The notes under the pieces are model-generated. The model was not told the origin of the DNA. It saw only the letters and a list, made by a program, of their open reading frames with translations, and made no database searches. This document shows, one piece after another, positions 52,695-58,798 of a stretch of DNA of 58,798 nucleotides (position 1 is the first letter of the stretch; each line of letters begins with the position of its first letter). A program made the translations under genes and the position numbers. Where the stretch lies: NCBI GenBank assembly GCA_035299125.1, contig DATGXA010000350.1, positions 1 through 58,798 of the forward strand, read 5' to 3'. This DNA comes from Opitutaceae bacterium. Its GTDB lineage: Bacteria; Verrucomicrobiota; Verrucomicrobiia; Opitutales; Opitutaceae.

Positions 52695-54707
52695 ATGTCG
52701 CCCGTTCCACCGCCCTCCGATCCCCTCCAGTCGATGGCCCCCGGCTTCAGCGTCACCGAGCTCATCCGCACCGCCGAGACGCTCAAGCAGACCGGCCAGA
52801 CCGCCGCCATCGAGCCGCTCTACGCCACCTGGATCGCGCGCAACTCCACGCACCCGCTGCTCTACGCCGTTCTCTTCAACTACTCCGTCACGCTCTCCGA
52901 CGCCGGCAAACTCGACGCCGCCCGCACCGCCCTCGAGCGCGCCCTCGCGCTCAACGCCGACTTCATGCCCGCCCACATCAACCTCGGGCGGCTCTACGAG
53001 CGTCTCGGCATGGTCGGCCTCGCCCTCGTCCAGTGGTCCGCCGTCAGCACCAAACTCGCCGCCGTCAACGGCTCCGCCATCGCGCACAAGACGATGGCGC
53101 TCAACCAAAGCGCGCGCGCCCTCGAGGCCGCCGCCCAAGACGAGCCCGCCGAGGATCTCCTCCGCCAGAGCCTCGAGATCGACCCGCGCCAGCACGAGGT
53201 CGCGCAACACTTCCTCGCCCTCCGCCAGCGCCAGTGCAAATGGCCCGTCGTCGTTCCCTGGGAACGCGTCGATCGAGAGACGCTCCTGCGCGGCATGTCG
53301 CCGCTCTCGCTCGCCGCCTACACCGACGACCCGCTGCTCCAGCTCGCCGCCGCCGCGCACTACAACCGCACCGAGATCGGCGCTCCCGCCTCGCCGCTGC
53401 CCGCGCTCGATCGCGCTCGTGCCGGTGGCGAGCGCCTGCGCATCGGTTACGTCTGCTCCGATTTCCGCGCCCACGCGCTCGGCTACCTCCTCACCGAGGT
53501 GCTCGGCCTCCACGACCGCGCGCGCGTCGAGGTCTTCGCCTATTACTGCGGCCCCGAGGCCAACGACCCGCTCCACGCGCAGTTCCAGGCCACCGCCGAT
53601 CACTGGCTGCCCATCACCGCGCTCGACGATGCCGCCGCCGCCGCGCGCATCGCGGCCGACGGCATCCAGATCCTCGTCGATCTCAACGGCTACACCCGTG
53701 ACGCCCGCGTGAAACTCTTCGCGCTGCGCCCCGCGCCGGTCCTCGTCAACTGGCTCGGCTACCCGGGCACCATGGCGAGCCCGTATCACCACTACGTCAT
53801 CGCCGACGACTGGATCGTCCCGCCCGAGCACGAGCAGTACTTCTCCGAACGCGTGCTCCGCCTCCCGTGCTACCAGCCCAGCGCACGCACCCGCGCCGTC
53901 GCGCCCGAGCCACCCACCCGCGCCGCCGCCGGCCTGCCCGAGGACGCGGTCGTCTACTGCTGCTTCAACGGCGCGCACAAGATCACCCGTTTCACATTCG
54001 ACCGTTGGCTCTCCATCCTCGAACGCGTGCCGCGCAGCGTGCTCTGGCTGCTCGGCAGCTCCGACGCCGCGCAGGACCGCCTCCGCGAACACACCACGCG
54101 CCGCGGCCTCGACCCGCAACGCCTCGTCTTCGCCCCCAAGCTCGCCAACCCGCACCACCTCGCGCGCTACCCGCTCGCCGATCTCTTCCTCGACACCACG
54201 CCCTACGGCGCGCACACGACCGCCTCCGACGCGCTCTGGATGGGCGTGCCCGTGCTCACGCTCAGCGGCCGCTCCTTCGCCTCGCGCGTCTGCGGCAGCC
54301 TCGTGCGCGCCGCCGGCCTGCCCGAACTCGCCTGCACCAGCGCGCTCGCCTTTCTCGCCACCGCGGTCGACCTCGGCCTGCATCCGGAAAAACTCCGCGC
54401 GCTCCGCGCCCGCCTCGCCGCGAACCGCGACACCTGCGTCCTCTTCGACATGCCGCAGCTCGTCGCCCGCCTCGAGGATCTCTACGCCGAGATGTGGGCC
54501 GATCTGGAAGCCGGCCGCCTCCCACAGCCCGATCTCGCCAACCTCGACGTTTACCTCGAGGTCGGCGCGCCGCTCGACCACGAGGAGATCGAAGTGCAGG
54601 CGATCGACGATTACCACGAGTTCTGGCGCGAACGCCTCCTGCGCCGCCACGCCCACCGCCCGATCCCGACCGACCGCCGCCTGATCGACGCCCCACGCTT
54701 CGGCTGA
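52695..54707 (+). CDS. TPR-repeat + GT41-family glycosyltransferase (O-GlcNAc transferase / SPINDLY-like)
   Basis: N-terminal TPR-like helices ('ALERALALNADFMPAHINLGRLYERLG'). The C-terminal GT41 pattern is 'LRIGYVCSDFRAHALGYL', 'ILVDLNGYTRDARVKLFALRPAPVLVNWLGYPGTM', 'VVYCCFNGAHKIT' and 'DLFLDTTPYGAHTTASDALWMGVPVLTLSG'. No signal peptide. Confidence 0.88.
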   Translation: MSPVPPPSDPLQSMAPGFSVTELIRTAETLKQTGQTAAIEPLYATWIARNSTHPLLYAVLFNYSVTLSDAGKLDAARTALERALALNADFMPAHINLGRLYERLGMVGLALVQWSAVSTKLAAVNGSAIAHKTMALNQSARALEAAAQDEPAEDLLRQSLEIDPRQHEVAQHFLALRQRQCKWPVVVPWERVDRETLLRGMSPLSLAAYTDDPLLQLAAAAHYNRTEIGAPASPLPALDRARAGGERLRIGYVCSDFRAHALGYLLTEVLGLHDRARVEVFAYYCGPEANDPLHAQFQATADHWLPITALDDAAAAARIAADGIQILVDLNGYTRDARVKLFALRPAPVLVNWLGYPGTMASPYHHYVIADDWIVPPEHEQYFSERVLRLPCYQPSARTRAVAPEPPTRAAAGLPEDAVVYCCFNGAHKITRFTFDRWLSILERVPRSVLWLLGSSDAAQDRLREHTTRRGLDPQRLVFAPKLANPHHLARYPLADLFLDTTPYGAHTTASDALWMGVPVLTLSGRSFASRVCGSLVRAAGLPELACTSALAFLATAVDLGLHPEKLRALRARLAANRDTCVLFDMPQLVARLEDLYAEMWADLEAGRLPQPDLANLDVYLEVGAPLDHEEIEVQAIDDYHEFWRERLLRRHAHRPIPTDRRLIDAPRFG

Positions 54708-54724
54708 TCCGGATGGTTCACACG

Positions 54725-54739
54725 TGGCGAAAATCGCCA
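54725..54739 (+). terminator. Weak hairpin after the GT41 gene
   Basis: TGGCGA-aaa-TCGCCA, 18 nt after the stop. The downstream U-tract is poor (aaggctttcg). Confidence 0.3.
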
Positions 54740-55436
54740 AGGCTTTCGACCCGGCCGAGCGCAGATCGAAACTCTCGCGAATTTCGTTACAGCGCCTCGT
54801 TTCCACCTCCATCGGAAGTGTGAAACTTGCGGGCTGACGTCCCGCCCGCCACCGCTCCCCGGCATCATCTCCCCCACATCGCGTCCCTCCCGCCCCCGGG
54901 GGCAACATGTCAACTATTGGTTGACGCAGCCATGCGCCCGCATCCGAGCGCGACCCGGCGCGCGCCCTCGGTCGCACCGCTCGTTGCAGCGCGCCACCCG
55001 CCAGCAGTGGCACCATCGGCGCATCCCGCTTGGTCGGATGCGCCGTCCGCGGGCAACGACCACGCCAGCCAACGCAGTTCGCACAGTGGCTGCAGCGAAG
55101 GCCGGAGCGCTCAAGGAGCTCGGACCCGAGGCATCGGAAAGCCACTCGCCTTCGGGTGCGTGCCTCGAGGCACGCCTCCACGACGCAATTCTCCGTGATC
55201 TCCTTCCCGCTCCCTTTCGATTCTGTGACCTGCCTGCATTGCCGTTCCCAAGCCGGATCGCTGCATCGGACCCGGCGACGTGCCGAAAATCCCTAAGAAA
55301 TCCGCGGCTCGCGTGTCTTCATCGGGTGGAGCCTCCACGGCTCCGATTCCCGTTGCCCATGCGCGCCCCGGCCATCGCCCAAGTTTTCTCGCCACCCTCC
55401 AGTATTTCCGGTCTGGTGGCGCGATCAACCCCGCGC

Positions 55437-55943
55437 ATGGATCCGGAGCCACCCACCTTGGCTGCGTTGTTCGAAGAAGAGGAATCCGGCCTGCTGCGCT
55501 ACGCGCTCGGGCTCACGGGTCGCCGGCCCGTCGCCGAGGAGCTGGTGCAGGAGGCGTTTCTCCGTCTCCACCAGTCCTGGGCCGAGGTGGAAAACCCGCG
55601 CGCCTGGCTCTACCGCACCGTCCGCAACCTCGCGCTCAACCACCTCCGCGACCACCCGCTCGAGACCGAGCTCGCCGCCGACACCGCATCGACCAACGAC
55701 CGCTCCGCCGCCGAGCGCCTCGGCCGGGACGAAGCCGTCGGCACCGTGCGGCTCCTCCTCGCCGAGCTCCCCGCAGACGACCGCCGCCTCATCCACCTCA
55801 AGTACCACGAGGAGCTTCAGTATCAGGAGATCGGACGCCGCACCGGCCTCACCTCCGGCAACGTCGGCTATCGTCTGCACCACCTCCTCAAAACGCTGGC
55901 CGATGGTCTCCGCCGCGCCGGCATCGAAGGAAGCGAGGGCTGA
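55437..55943 (+). CDS. ECF (sigma-70 family group IV) sigma factor
   Basis: Start set at ATG 55437. Region 2 'LLRYALGLTGRRPVAEELVQEAFLRL...NPRAWLYRTVRNLALNHLR'. Region 4 'LPADDRRLIHLKYHEELQYQEIGRRTGLTSGNVGYRLHHLLKTL'. Confidence 0.88.
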   Translation: MDPEPPTLAALFEEEESGLLRYALGLTGRRPVAEELVQEAFLRLHQSWAEVENPRAWLYRTVRNLALNHLRDHPLETELAADTASTNDRSAAERLGRDEAVGTVRLLLAELPADDRRLIHLKYHEELQYQEIGRRTGLTSGNVGYRLHHLLKTLADGLRRAGIEGSEG

Positions 55944-55945
55944 AC

Positions 55946-58720
55946 ATGACACAGGAAAACACGCCGCCCGCCCCGCACCGCCCCACCGACACCGAGCTCG
56001 AGGAACGCATCGTCGCCTGGGTTCTCGGCGAAGCCTCCGCGTTCGAGATCGCCGCGCTGGAAGCGGTGGTCGCCGCCCGTCCCGAATTCGCCGTCTTCAA
56101 ACGCCGCATCGAGGCCGTCCACGGCCTCGTCGCCGCAGCCGCGCGCGAGAATGCCGCTCCGCTCCGCCTCTCTCCTGATCGCCGCGCCAGACTCCTTGCC
56201 GTGATCGGCTCCGCCCCTGCAGTAGCCGGGGGCGCCGCCCCCGGCAAAACCGCCGCGCAATCCAAGTCCGCCGCCCCCACCAAACCCTCCGTCGTGCGCC
56301 TGCCACGACCGCCCGAGCGCCCGTGGTGGCGCAACGAGTGGTTCTACTCCGCCGCCGCCTGCGTGGTCATCAGCATCGGTGGCTTCTGGATGCTCGGCAC
56401 CGTCTCTCCGAACAAACCGCAGAGACCAGATCCGGATGCCATGCTCGAGTGCATTCAACCTTCAGCTGAAGAAGAAGCGCCAGACAGTTTCCCGGAGCCA
56501 CCGGGCGACGTCCCGCACTTCGAACTCACAGTACCGACGAGGAGCATGGCACCGATTGCTGCGAACTATTCGTGGTCTGCTCCGAAAGCCGCAACAGCGC
56601 CACGAGTCGCGCCGAAACCGAACCTCGTGTTCGGCACGTTCGGTACGACGGATCTCGACAGGAAAAAGGAGGTGGTGGTCAGTGGTTTCTCCCAGTTCTC
56701 CGAACAGACCGGTGAATCCGATGCTTCCAGCGCCGCCGGTTACGCCAGTAAGACTGTCGCCGAATCGAGCGGGGTGCTGGATAAGTTCGAAGTCAATGAA
56801 ACGGAGTCCCGCGGTTACACGGCGACTAATACGCTCGGAGGCACACGTCTTCGCACCGAACTCAAGGACATCAGCTCGTCGATATCGGTCGTCACGAAGC
56901 AGTTCATGAAAGACGTCGGGGCGACCAATAAAGAGTCGGTGCTCGGCTACAGCGGAAATGCTGAAGTCGGCGGTCTAGAAGGAAATTTCGCGGGGAAACC
57001 CGCCGCCCCCCGCGACAACTTCCTCTCCAAGCGCAAGACCGAGCGCATCGGTGGAAAGGGTGGGGCGCCGGCTCCGGCCGCGCCTGCGGTCGGCGGCGAA
57101 GCGGAGGAAGTCGTGGTGCTCTCGCCGTTCTCTGTCGCGAGCTCGCAGGACTCCGGCTACCTCCGGAGCAATCGCGCACCGAAGCTGCCGAAGCGTCCGG
57201 CCCCCTCCGCGACCACCGCCGGCATGGGCCCCGGCGGACTTCAACCAACCGACGTCGATCTCAATCTCCAAGCAGCCGCGTCCACCACGTCCACGCCGTC
57301 CACTCAGTCCACTCCTTTCGCCCTCGCCGAGTCCGCCACCGACCACCCTCTCCCGCGCCCCGCCCAAAAGCTCGCCGCCCCACCGCCCTCCACCGACGAA
57401 ACCAGCGCCGCGCATGAGCCCGTCTCCACGTTCTCCCTCCACGTGAGCGACGCCTCGTTCAAGCTCGCGCTGACCGCGCTCGCCGCCGGCCGCCTGCCCG
57501 ACGCCGCTTCGATCCGCCCCGAGGAATTCTACAACGCCTTCGACTACGGCGATCCCGCGCCCGGCGCCGGCGAAAAAGTCTCCTGCCGCCTCGAGCAGGC
57601 CGCGCATCCGTTCGCGCAGCAGCGCAACCTCGTGCGCATCGCCGTGCGCGTGCCGGCCACCGGCCGCGGCTCCGGCACGCCGCTCAACCTCACCGTCCTC
57701 CTCGACACCTCCGGTTCGATGGAGCGGCCCGACCGCCGCGCCGCAGTGCGCGCCGCGCTCCGCACGCTCGTCGGCCTGCTCGGCCCCGCCGACCGCCTGA
57801 CGCTCGTCGGGTTCGCGCGCCAACCGCGCCTGCTCGCCGAGGCGTTGGATGGCAACCACGCCAACCAAGCGCTCGATTTCCTCGACCGCACTCCCGCCGA
57901 GGGCGGCACGAACCTCGAGGAGGCGCTCAAGCTCGGTGGCGAGCTCGCCCGCCGCCATTTCGCCGAGGCCGCGCAGAACCGCATCGTCCTCCTCACCGAC
58001 GGCGCCGCCAACCTCGGCAACGCCGACCCCGAGCGCCTTGCCGCCGCCATCGAGACGCTGCGGAGCCAGCGCATCGCGTTCGACGCGTGCGGCGTCGGCC
58101 TCGAGGGCGTCGACGACGACATGCTCGAGGCGCTCACCCGCAAGGGCGACGGCCGCTACTACGTGCTCGATTCGCCCGAGGCGGCCGACGCCGGCTTCGC
58201 CCGCCAGCTCGCCGGCGCGTTTCGCCCCGCCGCCGAGAACGTGAAACTCCAGGTGCGTTTCAACCCCGCGCGCGTCGGCCGCTACCGGCTCGTCGGCTTC
58301 GAGAAACACCGCCTGCGCGAGGAGGATTTCCGCAACGACGCCGTCGATGCCGCCGAACTCGCCGCCGAGGAGGCCGCGGTCGCGCTCTACGAGGTCGAGG
58401 TGTTGCCGCAGGGCGAGGGCGAGGTCGCCGAAGTGCTGGTCCGCTTCCGCGACACCGGTTCGAAGGAGATGGTCGAGCGCGGCTGGACGGTGCCCTACGA
58501 GCCGCGCGCCGCGGCGTTCGACCGCGCCTCGTCGAGTCTCCAGCTCGCGGGCACAGCGGCCGCGCTCGCCGAGAAACTCCGCGGCGGCGCCGCCGGCGAC
58601 CGCGTCGATCTCGATGCCCTCGCGCCGTTCGTCGCCGCCCAACGCGCCCGCCGTCCCGACGACAAGCGGCTCCAGGAGCTCGCGACGTTGTTCGAGCAAC
58701 TCCGGAGGATGAAGCGATGA
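55946..58720 (+). CDS. Anti-sigma-like N-terminus + TM + TonB-receptor-plug-like segment + vWA/YfbK-like domain fusion protein
   Basis: The start at ATG 55946 lies 3 nt after the sigma gene stop. N-terminal 'EERIVAWVLGEASAFEIAALEAVVAARPEF', TM segment 'WFYSAAACVVISIGGFWMLGTV', MIDAS 'VLLDTSGSMERPDR...GGTNLEEAL...IVLLTDGAANLG', then 'VRFNPARVGRYRLVGFEKHRL' (DUF3520-like). Confidence 0.8.
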   Translation: MTQENTPPAPHRPTDTELEERIVAWVLGEASAFEIAALEAVVAARPEFAVFKRRIEAVHGLVAAAARENAAPLRLSPDRRARLLAVIGSAPAVAGGAAPGKTAAQSKSAAPTKPSVVRLPRPPERPWWRNEWFYSAAACVVISIGGFWMLGTVSPNKPQRPDPDAMLECIQPSAEEEAPDSFPEPPGDVPHFELTVPTRSMAPIAANYSWSAPKAATAPRVAPKPNLVFGTFGTTDLDRKKEVVVSGFSQFSEQTGESDASSAAGYASKTVAESSGVLDKFEVNETESRGYTATNTLGGTRLRTELKDISSSISVVTKQFMKDVGATNKESVLGYSGNAEVGGLEGNFAGKPAAPRDNFLSKRKTERIGGKGGAPAPAAPAVGGEAEEVVVLSPFSVASSQDSGYLRSNRAPKLPKRPAPSATTAGMGPGGLQPTDVDLNLQAAASTTSTPSTQSTPFALAESATDHPLPRPAQKLAAPPPSTDETSAAHEPVSTFSLHVSDASFKLALTALAAGRLPDAASIRPEEFYNAFDYGDPAPGAGEKVSCRLEQAAHPFAQQRNLVRIAVRVPATGRGSGTPLNLTVLLDTSGSMERPDRRAAVRAALRTLVGLLGPADRLTLVGFARQPRLLAEALDGNHANQALDFLDRTPAEGGTNLEEALKLGGELARRHFAEAAQNRIVLLTDGAANLGNADPERLAAAIETLRSQRIAFDACGVGLEGVDDDMLEALTRKGDGRYYVLDSPEAADAGFARQLAGAFRPAAENVKLQVRFNPARVGRYRLVGFEKHRLREEDFRNDAVDAAELAAEEAAVALYEVEVLPQGEGEVAEVLVRFRDTGSKEMVERGWTVPYEPRAAAFDRASSSLQLAGTAAALAEKLRGGAAGDRVDLDALAPFVAAQRARRPDDKRLQELATLFEQLRRMKR

Positions 58721-58798
58721 TGTCCGGAACTGTAGCCGCGGGCGCCACCCCCGGCAGCCGGCCTCACCGCAGCCGGCAACATCCCGCCCTGACAATTC
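58717..58798 (+). CDS. Possible start of a further gene (runs off the window end)
   Basis: The ATG at 58717 overlaps the preceding TGA (ATGA). It reads MMSGTVAAGATPGSRPHRSRQHPALTI... and is too short to judge. Confidence 0.2.
   Translation, partial: MMSGTVAAGATPGSRPHRSRQHPALTI

Noticed and set aside
43822-52710. Many long ORFs in the other five frames across the giant gene, for example 43822..45648 (-), 45739..47832 (-), 47037..48569 (-), 48973..50112 (-), 50949..52142 (-) and the plus-strand SPRSPP-type ORFs
   Set aside because: The 24-bp repeat unit lacks stop codons in most frames, so every frame stays open for hundreds of codons. Only frame +1 is continuous for the full 8.8 kb and uses the local codon preference. 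The alternatives give GGE(L/R)-, SPPR- or SAASWV-type monotony and are repeatedly broken.
54790-54850. ECF-type promoter 'GAAAC...CGTC' (gtGAAACttgcgggctgaCGTCc) upstream of the sigma gene
   Set aside because: The spacer between the AAC and CGT elements is about 11 nt, well short of the 16-17 nt typical of ECF promoters, and it lies about 600 nt from the sigma gene start.
52617-55181. 854-aa minus-strand ORF
   Set aside because: It is antisense to the TPR-GT41 gene, which has clear family motifs. The product is G/A/E/R/V low complexity.
55280-55945. N-terminal 222 codons of track ORF 55280..58720 (1,146 aa)
   Set aside because: This stretch overlaps the well-supported ECF sigma gene in another frame and is Arg/Pro-rich. 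The ATG at 55946, 3 nt after the sigma stop, gives a typical sigma/anti-sigma arrangement.
56975-58795. 606-aa minus-strand ORF
   Set aside because: It is antisense to the vWA-domain gene, which has an intact MIDAS motif. The product is low complexity.

Overview
High-GC bacterial chromosomal window. The gene content and motif style remind me of Verrucomicrobiota/Opitutaceae, but I cannot verify that here. I can support about 46 protein genes and found no rRNA, tRNA, CRISPR array or mobile element. From left to right the window contains: (1) the 5' part of a secreted Ig-like repeat protein; (2) a DUF4266 / TlpA-like / ApbE / DUF3570 cluster plus a two-component system; (3) an 11-gene co-directional minus-strand cluster, ureE-ureF-ureG-ureD, a NitT/TauT-type ABC importer, a creatininase-family hydrolase, a glutamine-synthetase-family ligase and a NikR-like regulator, with no ureABC anywhere in the window; (4) housekeeping genes mnmE, mnmG, a PhoB/PhoR-like pair, trmB, a complete F1Fo ATP synthase operon (a-c-b-delta-alpha-gamma-beta-epsilon) and gltBD; (5) two tandem paralogous transglutaminase-like + TPR proteins; (6) the most unusual locus, a small secreted Cys/His/Asp protein, then an 8.8-kb gene for a 2,942-aa protein made almost entirely of about 367 in-register octapeptide repeats (L-[ST]-x-x-Q-[LIFV]-x-x), then a TPR + GT41 (O-GlcNAc-transferase family) enzyme 56 bp downstream, followed after a 730-bp gap by an ECF sigma factor and an anti-sigma/vWA fusion protein. 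Because of the high GC content, most genes carry long spurious antisense or out-of-frame ORFs, and several track ORFs have artefactual N-terminal extensions. I re-set those starts by inspection. All functional calls rest on remembered family motifs, not on database searches.
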